NCBI GenBank assembly: GCA_963705305.1
Contig: OY970067.1
Span: 1,344,001-1,408,000, forward strand
DNA from: an uncultured Methylomirabilota bacterium
GTDB lineage: Bacteria; Methylomirabilota; Methylomirabilia; Methylomirabilales; 2-02-FULL-66-22
Direction of reading: 5' to 3'
DNA length: 64,000 bases
The stretch's first letter is position 1. The number at the start of each line of letters is the position of its first letter. Below, one piece after another: positions 22,626 through 32,860 of the stretch. Below the pieces are notes generated by a model. The model was given only the letters and a program-made list of their open reading frames with translations. It was not told the DNA's origin and searched no databases. Made by a program: the position numbers and the translations under genes.

Positions 22626-24317
22626 ATGGAACGAAACGCCATTATTGCGACGGCGCTCGTCATCGCAATCCTCATCGGATACCAATGGTACCTGTCGGAG
22701 TTCGAAGCTCCTCCGCCCCCCGCCCCGCGTGAGCAGACGACGACCGCTTCGGCACCCACTCCGGCCGCAGCGCCCGCGGCAGTTCCGACGCCGGCGCCCC
22801 CTCTCCCGAGGCCGGAGACCGTGGCGCCTCAGGCCAAGCGATTTCCTGCCGAGCCTCCAGCCGGGACACCCGCCAGAGACATCATCGTGGACACACCGCT
22901 GTACCACGTCGTTTTCTCCACAGCGGGGGCCCGGGCTGTTCATTGGGAACTGAAGAAGTACCGGCTGGAGGGGGGCGCGCCTGTTGACTTGGTGGCGCAG
23001 CAGCCCTTGGGGACAGGACAAGGGCCGCTGGAGGGGTGGGTTGACGGAGAGCCGGAAGCCGGGGCGGCCTTCCGGGCCAGCCAGGATCGCATTGATCTCG
23101 CCGTCGCAGGCCAATCGGCAACCCTGACCTTCAAGCGCAGCACCGAGTCGGGAATTGAAATCCAGAAGCAGCTCACCTTCTATGCCGATCGGTACCCGGT
23201 GGACGTTGCCCTCTCTGCGAAGAACCTCTCCGGGCAGCCAGTCACCATACAGCCGCATTTGGCGTGGGGTCCCGGGTTCCGCGATGACGCTGGGGCAAAT
23301 TCTCACAGCGTCAAGCCGCCGACGCTCTGGGTGGATGGGAAGCGGGTCGAACAGGACCTTTCCAAGGTTTCCGGCCAGAAGGTCGTCCACGGCGACATTT
23401 CCTGGGCCGCCCTGGAGGACACGTATTTTGCCGCCGCCCTTCTCCCGAAAGAAAAGGGGATGGACGCCTTTGTGCAGAAAGTTGACGGGCACCCGATGGT
23501 GGGACTGACCCTCCCTCAGCAAAATCTGGCCGCCGGGGCCGAAGTAACGCTGCGCGCCCAGGTCTTCGGCGGCCCCAAGGACCTCCAGCTGCTGAAGAGT
23601 GCCGGCCAAAACCTTGACGAGCTAGTGAATCTGGGCTGGTTCACCTTTCTGGCCCGACCGGCCCTGTGGCTCCTGAAATTCCTGTTTAACTACACGGGGA
23701 ACTACGGCGTGGCGATCATCCTCGTCACAATTCTCCAGAAGATCGCGTTCCACCCCCTCACCGTCAAGAGCATGAAGTCCATGAAGGCCATGCAGGCCGT
23801 CCAGCCTAAGGTGCAGGCCATCCAAGAGCGCTTCAAGAACAATCCTCAGAAGAAGCAAGAGGAAACGATGGCGCTGTACCGGAAATATGGTGTCAATCCC
23901 ATGGGGGGATGCCTGCCCATGCTTGTGCAGATCCCCATCTTCATCGCCCTGTATGACGCCCTGGGTGGCTCTGTCGAGATGTGGCAGGCACATTTTCTTT
24001 GGATTCGAGATCTTACGAAGCCGGACACGTTGTTTACCATGACCATCTGGGGTGGCCGCGCGTTTCCCTTCAACCTTCTGGCCATCCTCATGGGCATCAG
24101 TATGTTCCTACAGCAAAAGATGTCCCCGACGAGCGGTGATCCGCGTCAGGCCAAAATGATGCTGTGGACGATGCCCATCGTCTTCACCTTCATGTTCTGG
24201 GGCTTTCCTTCGGGCCTTGTCTTGTACTGGCTGGTGAACAACGTTCTGCAGGTCGGCCAGCAGTGGTTGATCAACAGGACGCCGGCGACCCCTGCGGTCG
24301 AGGGTCAAGCCGCCTAG
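22626..24317 (+). CDS. yidC: Membrane protein insertase YidC
   Basis: GNYGVAII, NPMGGCLPMLVQIPIF, PSGLVLYW motifs. Confidence 0.97.
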   Translation: MERNAIIATALVIAILIGYQWYLSEFEAPPPPAPREQTTTASAPTPAAAPAAVPTPAPPLPRPETVAPQAKRFPAEPPAGTPARDIIVDTPLYHVVFSTAGARAVHWELKKYRLEGGAPVDLVAQQPLGTGQGPLEGWVDGEPEAGAAFRASQDRIDLAVAGQSATLTFKRSTESGIEIQKQLTFYADRYPVDVALSAKNLSGQPVTIQPHLAWGPGFRDDAGANSHSVKPPTLWVDGKRVEQDLSKVSGQKVVHGDISWAALEDTYFAAALLPKEKGMDAFVQKVDGHPMVGLTLPQQNLAAGAEVTLRAQVFGGPKDLQLLKSAGQNLDELVNLGWFTFLARPALWLLKFLFNYTGNYGVAIILVTILQKIAFHPLTVKSMKSMKAMQAVQPKVQAIQERFKNNPQKKQEETMALYRKYGVNPMGGCLPMLVQIPIFIALYDALGGSVEMWQAHFLWIRDLTKPDTLFTMTIWGGRAFPFNLLAILMGISMFLQQKMSPTSGDPRQAKMMLWTMPIVFTFMFWGFPSGLVLYWLVNNVLQVGQQWLINRTPATPAVEGQAA

Positions 24318-24348
24318 GGTGTGCTGGAATGGCCCAGGAGTTCCGGGC

Positions 24349-25035
24349 GTGGAGAATGCGCCGGAAGGGAGCCTCCAACCCGATGACCTCCTCGTCACGG
24401 GGGCCAAGGCGCTTGGCGTTGCGCTGGATCGCGTGCAGCTTGCAGCCTTTGGGGTCTACCGGGAAGAAATCCTCCGCTGGTCTCTCCGGACCAACATTAC
24501 GGCCCTGCGAAGTCCGGCCGATATCGTCAGGGATGGATTTCTGGACTCGCTGGTGTGCTTTCCGCTCATTCCGGAGACCACGCAGCGCATCCTCGACATC
24601 GGCTCTGGCGCTGGATTTCCAGCCCTGCCTATTGCCATCGTCTGCCCTCGTTTTCAACTCACGCTCGTCGAGGCCTCTCGCAGGAAAACCTCTTTTCTCC
24701 GCCACATGGTGCGGACTCTCCAGCTGTCTCACGTTCGAGTCCTCCAGGGCCGTGCCGAATCGCTGTCGGCCGAACCGGAGCATGCCGCCGCCTACGACAT
24801 TGCCTTCGCGCGCGCCGTCGGGCCGCCGCTGAAGGTCTGTGCGCTAGCGCGCCCGTTTCTCGTCCCGAGCGGTCTGTTCCTGGCGCAAACGGGAGAAGAC
24901 TTCCCGCTTGGGGACCTCGAGGGGTTGCGCTCGCTCGGACTCGAGGTGGCGGGGCAGCGAGACGTCCCACCAGCGGCCGGCAAGCCCGGACGGCACGTGA
25001 CGGTTCTCAAGAGGGTGCAGGAGGCAGCGCGGTAG
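24349..25035 (+). CDS. rsmG: 16S rRNA m7G527 methyltransferase
   Basis: NITA, LDSL, DIGSGAGFP, RAE, ARAV motifs. Confidence 0.92.
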   Translation: MENAPEGSLQPDDLLVTGAKALGVALDRVQLAAFGVYREEILRWSLRTNITALRSPADIVRDGFLDSLVCFPLIPETTQRILDIGSGAGFPALPIAIVCPRFQLTLVEASRRKTSFLRHMVRTLQLSHVRVLQGRAESLSAEPEHAAAYDIAFARAVGPPLKVCALARPFLVPSGLFLAQTGEDFPLGDLEGLRSLGLEVAGQRDVPPAAGKPGRHVTVLKRVQEAAR

Positions 25036-25038
25036 GAT

Positions 25039-25054
25039 CGTTTCACGTGAAACA
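25039..25054. promoter_or_regulatory. parS site
   Basis: cGTTTCACGTGAAACA, 15/16 match to the parS consensus, just upstream of parA. Confidence 0.92.
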
Positions 25055-25121
25055 CCGCGTTCCCTCTTGGACCCGGCACCTCGAATGTGCTATGGTCCCC
25101 GGGAAAAAGCCGAGGCTGCCA

Positions 25122-25898
25122 GTGGCCAGAATCATCGCGGTAGCAAACCAGAAGGGCGGGGTAGGGAAGACCACCACGGCGGTCAACCTGTCCGCGTCGT
25201 TGGCGGCAGCGGAGCGGCCGACGCTCTTGGTAGATATCGACCCCCAGGGAAACGCCAGCACCGGTGTCGGCATAGATGTGGGCGCGCTCGATCGCCACAT
25301 CTACCACGTGCTTCTCGGCGAGCTGGGGGTGCGAGAGGCGGCGCTTCCCACGGCGCTCCCCGCCCTCCAGGTCTTACCCGCGAAGCGAGAGCTGGTGGGG
25401 GCGGAGATAGAGCTGGTTGAGCTGCCAGACCGGGAGCGTCGTCTGGAGCACGGGCTGGCGTCTGTAGCCGAGCGATACGAGTACATCCTCGTTGATTGTC
25501 CACCCTCCCTCGGATTTCTGACATTGAACGCCCTGGTGGCGGCGGACTCGGTGCTGATCCCCCTCCAGTGCGAATATTACGCCCTGGAAGGACTGGGACA
25601 GATCCTGGATACAGTGAGGATCTGCCGGCAGACCTTGAACCCGCGACTCGAGGTAGAGGGCATTCTTCTGACCATGTACGACGGACGGGTGAACCTCGCG
25701 GGGCAGGTGGCAAAAGAGGTGCGCGATCATTTTGGGGACCGCGTGTTTCGAACGGTCATTCCGCGGAATGTGCGGCTGAGCGAGGCGCCGAGCCACGGCC
25801 AGCCGGTCATCCTCTACGACATTCGTTGCCCCGGGGCCGAAGGATACTTGCAGCTGGCACGGGAGGTGATCGATGGTGCAAAAGCGCGGGCTCGGTAA
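25122..25898 (+). CDS. parA: ParA/Soj ATPase
   Basis: NQKGGVGKTT, DIDPQGN, DCPPSLG, QCEYYALEG. Confidence 0.96.
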   Translation: MARIIAVANQKGGVGKTTTAVNLSASLAAAERPTLLVDIDPQGNASTGVGIDVGALDRHIYHVLLGELGVREAALPTALPALQVLPAKRELVGAEIELVELPDRERRLEHGLASVAERYEYILVDCPPSLGFLTLNALVAADSVLIPLQCEYYALEGLGQILDTVRICRQTLNPRLEVEGILLTMYDGRVNLAGQVAKEVRDHFGDRVFRTVIPRNVRLSEAPSHGQPVILYDIRCPGAEGYLQLAREVIDGAKARAR

Positions 25899-26721
25899 GG
25901 GGCTCGGAGCGCTCATCCCTGGGGCTGAAGGATTGGGTCCTGGGACCCGGGAGATCCCCCTGGAAGAGCTGGAGAGGAATCCGTTTCAGCCGCGCCGGCA
26001 CTTCGACCAGGCGGCCCTCGAGGAATTGGCGGCCACGATTCGGGAGCACGGCATCCTCACCCCGGTGGTGGTCCGCCGTGTGGCGGGCGGATATCAGGTC
26101 GTTGCCGGCGAGCGTCGAATTCGGGCTGCCAGGCTGGCCGGCCTGACCAGGGTTCCTGCGGTGGTGCGGGAGGCGAGCGACGCCCAGGCCCTGGAAATGG
26201 CGCTGGTTGAAAACCTGCAGCGCGAGGATCTGAATCCGCTGGAATCGGCCGAGGCATACCAACGCCTGATCGAGGAGTTCAGCCTGACCCAAGAAGAGGT
26301 CGCTGAGCGGCTTGGTCGTGACCGCTCTTCGGTGGCCAACACCCTCCGCCTGTTGCGACTTCCGCAGCGGATTCAAGAGGATGTGGCATCCGGAACGCTG
26401 TCCGAGGGGCACGCACGGGCCTTGTTGGGCCTGGAGAAAGCGGCCGATCAACTGAAGGTCCGAGACCTCGTTGTCAAGAAAGGCCACACCGTCCGGGCGA
26501 CGGAGGCCCTGGTCCGTCGATGGAGAGACGGCACGGTGCGGAAGACGTCCAAGCGGCGCACCACGGATCCGAACGTCGGCGCGCTGGAGGATCGGCTGCG
26601 GACCGCCCTAGGAACTAAAGTCCGGATCGTGCGCGAAGGGAAAGGCGGGATCTTACAGATCAGCTTCTTTTCGGCCGACGACCTAACCCGGATTGCCGAC
26701 CACATCCTCGAGGGCCGCTAG
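25873..26721 (+). CDS. parB: ParB/Spo0J
   Basis: GLGKGL.ALI, NPFQPR, GERR.RA, ENLQREDL. Confidence 0.96.
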   Translation: MVQKRGLGKGLGALIPGAEGLGPGTREIPLEELERNPFQPRRHFDQAALEELAATIREHGILTPVVVRRVAGGYQVVAGERRIRAARLAGLTRVPAVVREASDAQALEMALVENLQREDLNPLESAEAYQRLIEEFSLTQEEVAERLGRDRSSVANTLRLLRLPQRIQEDVASGTLSEGHARALLGLEKAADQLKVRDLVVKKGHTVRATEALVRRWRDGTVRKTSKRRTTDPNVGALEDRLRTALGTKVRIVREGKGGILQISFFSADDLTRIADHILEGR

Positions 26722-26724
26722 GCG

Positions 26725-27420
26725 ATGCAGTTGCGAATCAAGGCCTCGATCCTTTTTCCGTTGAAGGGGAAGGACTGGATTAAGAGACTCCTGATTGGCG
26801 GAGCCATTGGCCTCGCCATCGAGCTGATATTCGTAGGTCTGACATTTCTGGTTTCGGAGGAGGCCACGTTCGGGATCGCCCCCCTGGTCGCAGTTTTCAA
26901 CTTTCCGGCGCTCGGTTTCATTCTCCAGGTGTACCGTGGTACGCTACGATGGGAGGAGGGAGAGGTCCCGGCGTGGGAGAACTGGCCCACGCTTTTTCGC
27001 TGGGGCCTCGTGGGCTTCGGCATTGGTCTTGCCTATGGGATGATTCCGCTCTTGCTGGTTTTGGTGGGTCTTGGGTTGCTGGTAAAGGGAGGCGTGCTTC
27101 TCTTTCTGGGCATGGTCCTCATGGTTTTGGGTGTGCTCGCCGGCGTCTTTACGCTGTTCTTTTTCCCGATGGCCGTGGCCCGGTACGTCAGTCAACAAAG
27201 AATCGAAGCGGCCTTCCATCCGGTGCTGGTGTGGGACGGGATCAACCTGGTCCTCGCCGAATACGTGGCGGCATATCTTCTGAGCGTTGGATCCTACATC
27301 GTGGCGGGACTAGTGGCCGTCGTGCCGTATGTCGGAGGAGTCGTCTGGCCGGTCCTCTGGTTCTACATCAGCCTGGTGCAGGCTCGACTGTTCGGGGAAG
27401 TGTGCGCGAGGGCGATCTGA
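26725..27420 (+). CDS. DUF4013-like integral membrane protein
   Basis: FPLKGKDWIKRLLIG...PAWENW..LF..G pattern; about 6 TM helices. Confidence 0.7.
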   Translation: MQLRIKASILFPLKGKDWIKRLLIGGAIGLAIELIFVGLTFLVSEEATFGIAPLVAVFNFPALGFILQVYRGTLRWEEGEVPAWENWPTLFRWGLVGFGIGLAYGMIPLLLVLVGLGLLVKGGVLLFLGMVLMVLGVLAGVFTLFFFPMAVARYVSQQRIEAAFHPVLVWDGINLVLAEYVAAYLLSVGSYIVAGLVAVVPYVGGVVWPVLWFYISLVQARLFGEVCARAI

Positions 27421-27493
27421 GAAGCTTTCGATCGCGGCTATCGGAGCGATAGCGGGGGAGCTGTCGCGACGCGCGCGCATGGGCGGAGGGTGC

Positions 27494-29137
27494 ATGGCGT
27501 CAACAGCGGAGGTTCTGGTGGCCTTCCTGGCAACAGCCGGGGTGCGTCGAATCTACGGCATCCCAGGCGCCGGAAGCACCCTGGATGTCATCGAGGCCGG
27601 CCGGCACCAAGGTATCGAGTTTGTGCTGGCGCACCACGGGGCTGCCGCGGCCATCATGGCAGCCACCGAAGGCGACCTCGCCGGGCGACCAGGTGTCTGT
27701 CTGGCTGCGCAGGGACCGGGAGCGGCCGGCGTGGTCAGCGGGGCGGCGCAGGCCCTGCTGGACCGCGCCCCCCTGCTGATCCTCACGGATCGTTCCCCCC
27801 AGGCCGGTCTCCGTTCGCCCGCGCGCCAGGAGCTGAGCCACTTGCGCCTACTTGCCGAAGCGGTGAAGAAGGGAGCGACCGTCACCGCCCCGCGGGCGGA
27901 CTGGCTGGCCCACTGGGCTTGGCGGACCGCCCTGCAGCCTCCCCGCGGACCCGTGCACCTGGACCTGCCGGCTGACGAGGCCCAGCGTCCGGCCAGGCGG
28001 CGCGCGATTGCGAGCCGGCGGATGCGTCGGCGGTCGCCCTCGCCGAGCGCCGTCCGCTGGGGGGCGCGTCTCCTCACGCGGTCGGGCCGGACCGTCGTGG
28101 TGGCCGGGAGCGGCTGCCGGGAGGCGCCGGCAGCCCGGGCGCTCCGAGATCTGCTGGAGCATCTGGGCGCACCGGTGCTGATGACCCCGCGGGCGAAAGG
28201 GGCGATCGCAGAGGATCATCCGCTGGCGGCCGGCGTGTTCACGGCCGCCCCCCTAGAAAACGAACTGCTCGAGAAGGCCGATGCGATCTTGACGGTAGGT
28301 CTGGACCCGGCGGAGCTGCTGCCGGGTTCTTGGAAGTCCAGCCGGCCCGTCGTGGCGCTGGAAGAGTATCGCGTGGGTCCGCGAACGCGCGAGACGGCTT
28401 GTGAAGTCGTCGCCGACCTGCCGACAGCCCTCCAGGCGCTTCGCCAGGCTTTGCCGCCGGGCGGCGGATGGAGCCTGGCCAGCTGGGCCGGCCGCGGAGA
28501 AGAGTTCAAGGTCCGCTGCCGGCTGCGCCTGGCGGAGGCGAGCGCCGGCCGGACCCATGCAGCCATCCCGCCCCATCGGGCCGTGCAAATCGCCCGGGAG
28601 ATCTACCCGCACGACACCCTGCTGGCCGTCGACACTGGAGCCCACGCCATCGCCGCGAACCTGTTCTGGGAGGCATACCAGCCCAAGGACTACCTGTGCT
28701 CGGCCGGTCTGGCGCCGCTGGGGTACGCCATCCCGGCGGCCATCGCCGCCAAGCTGGCCGCGCCAGAGCGGCCGGTCCTGGCTTTCGTCGGGGACGGGGG
28801 CTTGCTGGCGCATCTCGCCGAGGTGGCCACCGCCGCCCGCTTAGGGCTCCCGCTGACGATCCTCGTGTTCGCCGACGAATCGCTGAGCTCGATCCGCGCG
28901 CTCCAGGAGCAGCGACGGTTTGCGCCGGTCGGGACTTCGCTGGGGCATGCCGACATTCCCAAGCTGGCAGAAGGCCTGGGGGCGCTCGGGACGGAGGTGG
29001 AAGACGAGGAGGGCCTCCGAGCGGCCCTCCAGGATGCCCTCGGAACGACGCAGCCGGCGATCATCGTCGCCCGCATCCGCTCCAGCGGCTACCGCCGGAT
29101 GCTGGACATCCTGTGCGGCCGGCCGGATGCCGGATGA
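27494..29137 (+). CDS. ThDP-binding protein (acetolactate synthase-like)
   Basis: YGIPG, GPG, PRGPVHLDLP, GDGG motifs. Confidence 0.85.
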   Translation: MASTAEVLVAFLATAGVRRIYGIPGAGSTLDVIEAGRHQGIEFVLAHHGAAAAIMAATEGDLAGRPGVCLAAQGPGAAGVVSGAAQALLDRAPLLILTDRSPQAGLRSPARQELSHLRLLAEAVKKGATVTAPRADWLAHWAWRTALQPPRGPVHLDLPADEAQRPARRRAIASRRMRRRSPSPSAVRWGARLLTRSGRTVVVAGSGCREAPAARALRDLLEHLGAPVLMTPRAKGAIAEDHPLAAGVFTAAPLENELLEKADAILTVGLDPAELLPGSWKSSRPVVALEEYRVGPRTRETACEVVADLPTALQALRQALPPGGGWSLASWAGRGEEFKVRCRLRLAEASAGRTHAAIPPHRAVQIAREIYPHDTLLAVDTGAHAIAANLFWEAYQPKDYLCSAGLAPLGYAIPAAIAAKLAAPERPVLAFVGDGGLLAHLAEVATAARLGLPLTILVFADESLSSIRALQEQRRFAPVGTSLGHADIPKLAEGLGALGTEVEDEEGLRAALQDALGTTQPAIIVARIRSSGYRRMLDILCGRPDAG

Positions 29138-29296
29138 TCGGACCCGCCACCGAAGTCGAGAAGCAGCGGCCCGCCATCACCGGCGACACCTACTAAGACG
29201 GCTCCAGCGGAGTGTCGGCCTTCGCACCTGCCCCCGGACGCCCCGTGAAACTCGCCGGCTTTCAGAGCCCTGCGGCCAGCCCCGCTCGCGCCGTCC

Positions 29297-29340
29297 TTGA
29301 CACGCTCTTGAGACGCTCTTGACACTCTATTGACACGCAG
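29297..29340 (+). repeat. Four phased 11-bp direct repeats overlapping the ABC operon promoter
   Basis: TTGACACGCTC TTGAGACGCTC TTGACACTCTA TTGACACGCAG, then TATGTT at 29354. Confidence 0.8.
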
Positions 29341-29485
29341 CACAAATGGGGGGTATGTTCAAATCCTGCCACCCTCCATCGCTTTGGCACTCGTCTCACG
29401 TGTTGGACCGCCGGGAATTGATTTGCGGGCCGACGACGGTGTCCCGGCCATTTAGTCCTCGGCCCCCCATCTAGGAGGAGGCGCT

Positions 29486-30895
29486 ATGAAGAAAAAGGCG
29501 TCCTGGAAGATGGACCGACGCGGGTTTCTCAAGGCTGCCGGCACCGGTCTGGCTGGTGCCGGTCTGGCCGGTCTGGGTGCGCCGCGGAGGGCGCGCGCAG
29601 CGCAGGAAAAGCTGGTGGTTTGGTGGAACAAGGGGTATTACCCCGAAGAAGATCAGGGCATGCAGAAAATCGCGGAGGCGTTCGCCCACGAGAACAACGT
29701 GGACATGGAGCTCACGTTCACAATCCAGGATGACCTGGGCCCCAAGATCATCAGTGCCCTGATTGCGGGGGTGGTGCCTGACGTTGCCTTCTGCTTCTTC
29801 AACGACTGGATGATCTCGCCCAAGTTCGCCTGGCAGAACCAGCTGCTGGACATGAGCGACATCATCAACCAGCTCAAGCCCCGCTACTTCGAGTCCATGC
29901 TGAAAACCAGCTGGCTCTACAACAACGGCGAGAAGAAATGGAGCTACTACTCCGTTCCCATCGAGTCACAGGCACTGGCCACCCAGTACTGGAGGCCCCT
30001 GGTGGAGGCGGCGGGTCTGAACGGGGATCCCAAGAAGATCCCGATGACATGGAACGAGCATTGGGCCTTCTGGAAGAAGGTGCAAGCCAACCTGCGGAAG
30101 AAGGAGCCGGCCAAGTACGGCAAGACCTACGGGATCGGCATGACCGAGTCCAGCCGCTCGACGGACACCTTCTACGATTTCGAGCAGTATCTCCTGGCCT
30201 TCCATGGGGAGATCGTCTCGCCGGACGGGAAGGTCGTGGCGGGAGAGGCCAAGAATCGCGAGGCCCTCATCAAGAACCTGACCTTCTTCAGCGGGATTTA
30301 CAATGAGGGGTACGTTCCGCCGGACGCCCTGACCTGGACGGATGCCGACAACAACGTGAACTTCGGCAACAAGACCGTGGTGATGACGCCCAACCCGTCC
30401 ATCTCCATCCCGGCCGCGGCGTTCTTCACCAACAAGGACGACTACTTCCACAACATCGTGACGATCCTCCAGCCGACGTCTCCCATCGACGGGAAGGGCT
30501 ATCCCTACCTGATCGCGGTGAAGCCGATCATCGTCCCGAAGGCGGCCAAGAATCCGGACCTGGCCAAGAAGTTTATCCTGTACCTGTTGCAGCCGGAACG
30601 GTTCACCCGGTACGTGACGGCGTCCCACGGGCGCTGGTTCCCTGCCTTCAAGGATGTGGCGGCGGCCCCCTTCTTCAACGATCCAAAGGACCCGCACGTC
30701 TACACGGCGACCCAGCAGTACAAATACCCCACCCAGCCGTTCTACTACAGCTATACGCCGGCATACTCGCAGGTGTATGCAGAGAACGTCTGGGGCAAGG
30801 CCATCTCGCGCGTGGCGACCGATAAGTGGAGCAACGAGCAGGCAGTAGACGAGGCCGTCAAGCGGGTCCAGACTATCGTCCAGAACTGGAAACAG
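29486..30895 (+). CDS. Tat-exported carbohydrate ABC substrate-binding protein (stop apparently lost; reads through)
   Basis: RRGFLK Tat signal; WWNKGYY, PDVA motifs; AGGAGG RBS. End inferred at NWK-CAG. Confidence 0.8.
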
Positions 30896-30920
30896 CCGCA
30901 GATCCGTTCTGCGCCGCAAC

Positions 30921-30952
30921 GCGTGCGGGAGGCCGGCCGGCCTCCCGCACGC
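30921..30952. terminator. Perfect 32-bp palindrome between the SBP and permease regions
   Basis: GCGTGCGGGAGGCCGG|CCGGCCTCCCGCACGC. Confidence 0.6.
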
Positions 30953-30967
30953 AGTAGGTTTTGCCCT

Positions 30968-31837
30968 ATGAATGAGACTGCCTCGACGGCCGCAGCCCCA
31001 TCTCTCGTGGTCCGGCGCGAGCACTGGGTTCGCCGCACGCTCCTCGGGGTGAGCTTCTGCTCCCCCCTCATCTTTATTTTCGCCTTCCTGGTGATTGTTC
31101 CCATTCTGTACATGATCTACCTGGGGACCGACTGGTCGATCTACCCGGCGATCTTTTCCGACCCCATCTTCCAGCAGACCGTGTGGAACACCGTTATCTT
31201 CGTCGGGATCGGCGTCAACGTGAAGATGTTCCTGGCCCTGGTGCTTTCGGCCCTCTTCTCGACCGAGCACCGCGCGGCCAAGGCCCTGAGCGGCCTCTTC
31301 CTGCTCCCCTGGGCCATCCCTGCGCTTCCTGGCATCCTTGCCTTTCGGTGGATGCTCAACGGGGAGTGGGGAATCGTGAACCACTTGTTGAACGTGGTGG
31401 GCCTCCCGGGATATCCATGGCTCGTTCGACGGCCCACGGCCCTGGGCGCTGCCATCGTCTACCACGTCTGGAAGTACCTCCCGTTTTGGACGCTGATCTT
31501 CCTGGCCGGGCGGCGCAGCATCCCCAAGGAGCTGTACGAGGCCGGCGAGATGGACGGCACGTCGCCCCTTCAGAAGTTCCGGTTCATCACGTTTCCCATG
31601 CTGCGGAACCTGTACCTCATGTGCTCATTGCTCTCCATGGTCTTTACGCTGGGTGATTTCGTCGTGATCTGGATCATGACGGGCGGTGCGCCGGGTGACT
31701 CCACCCACGTTCTGGCGACCCTGGCATATCGCTACACATTCCGCATGGGCCAACTGGGCTGGGGGATCGGGACGTTCATGGTGGCCCTGCCGGTTACACT
31801 GCTTTTCATCTTTATCCTGATCCGCTGGGTCAAGTAG
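30968..31837 (+). CDS. Carbohydrate ABC permease (MalF-like)
   Basis: LPWAIP, IPKELYEAGEMDG EAA motif; about 6 TM helices. Confidence 0.88.
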   Translation: MNETASTAAAPSLVVRREHWVRRTLLGVSFCSPLIFIFAFLVIVPILYMIYLGTDWSIYPAIFSDPIFQQTVWNTVIFVGIGVNVKMFLALVLSALFSTEHRAAKALSGLFLLPWAIPALPGILAFRWMLNGEWGIVNHLLNVVGLPGYPWLVRRPTALGAAIVYHVWKYLPFWTLIFLAGRRSIPKELYEAGEMDGTSPLQKFRFITFPMLRNLYLMCSLLSMVFTLGDFVVIWIMTGGAPGDSTHVLATLAYRYTFRMGQLGWGIGTFMVALPVTLLFIFILIRWVK

Positions 31838-31846
31838 GAGCAGGCC

Positions 31847-32689
31847 ATGCGCCTCGGAGGCTGGAAGCTCTTCGGGTTTTACGCCGCCTGCCTGGTCATC
31901 CTGGTCTGGACGATCTTCCCCGCCTACTATATGTTGTCGCTGGCCCTGGTGCCCGAGAAGGATCTGTTCAAGCCCAGCCTCTACGTTGCCCACCCGACGC
32001 TCGCCAACTACCGGGCCCTCGTTACCGAGAGCAACTACCTCGTGAACTATTTCTGGCCCCAAATGTACAACAGCGTCGTCGTCGGTCTCGCGACCACGCT
32101 GATCGTCATGGTCGTGGGAAGCCTGGCCAGCTTCGCCCTGGCGCGCATCCGCTTTCGAGGCGGGCGCACCATCGCCTCGATGGCCCTCTTCACGTACATT
32201 ATTCCCTCCTCGTTCCTCTCCATCCCGCTGTTCAAGCTCATGGCGGAGTACGGACTGCTCAACACCAAGACAGCACTCATTTTCGCGATGATCACCTTCA
32301 CCTCGCCCTACGCTGTGTGGATCCTGTGGGACTACGGCAAAACCATACCCGCGGACATCGATGAGGCGGCGGCCATCGATGGAGCGGGCCCCCTGGCTCT
32401 CTTTTTCCGGATCTACCTGCCGCTCATCATGCCGGCACTGTTCGCCATCGCCACTTATGCCTTCCTCTACTCGTGGAACGAGTACCTGTACGCGGTCCTC
32501 ATGTTGTCGGGGGATCCCAACACCACCATTCCTGTCGGCATGGGGAACTTCCTGGCCACGGACAATCCGCCCTGGAACCTGCTCATGGCGGAGTCGGTCC
32601 TGTATTCCGTTCCGCCGGTCATCCTGTACTACATGTTCCGGCGACAACTCACCACCGGTCTGGTCACAGGGTCCGTAGCGGGGGCATAA
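31847..32689 (+). CDS. Carbohydrate ABC permease (MalG-like)
   Basis: IPADIDEAAAIDGA, WNEYLYA. Confidence 0.92.
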   Translation: MRLGGWKLFGFYAACLVILVWTIFPAYYMLSLALVPEKDLFKPSLYVAHPTLANYRALVTESNYLVNYFWPQMYNSVVVGLATTLIVMVVGSLASFALARIRFRGGRTIASMALFTYIIPSSFLSIPLFKLMAEYGLLNTKTALIFAMITFTSPYAVWILWDYGKTIPADIDEAAAIDGAGPLALFFRIYLPLIMPALFAIATYAFLYSWNEYLYAVLMLSGDPNTTIPVGMGNFLATDNPPWNLLMAESVLYSVPPVILYYMFRRQLTTGLVTGSVAGA

Positions 32690-32860
32690 TCCCGGCACTG
32701 GCGGGGCGGCGGCTGCGGATCACTGGCGACTTTGGAATTGACAGCCCCGAAATGCTTTGTTACCGTGACCCCACTCGGGGTCGGTTTGGGGGCGCGCAGG
32801 TCCCGCCACAGAGCTGAGGCGTCATTGTCTTCATCACGGAGTGCCTCCCCGGAGGGGATC

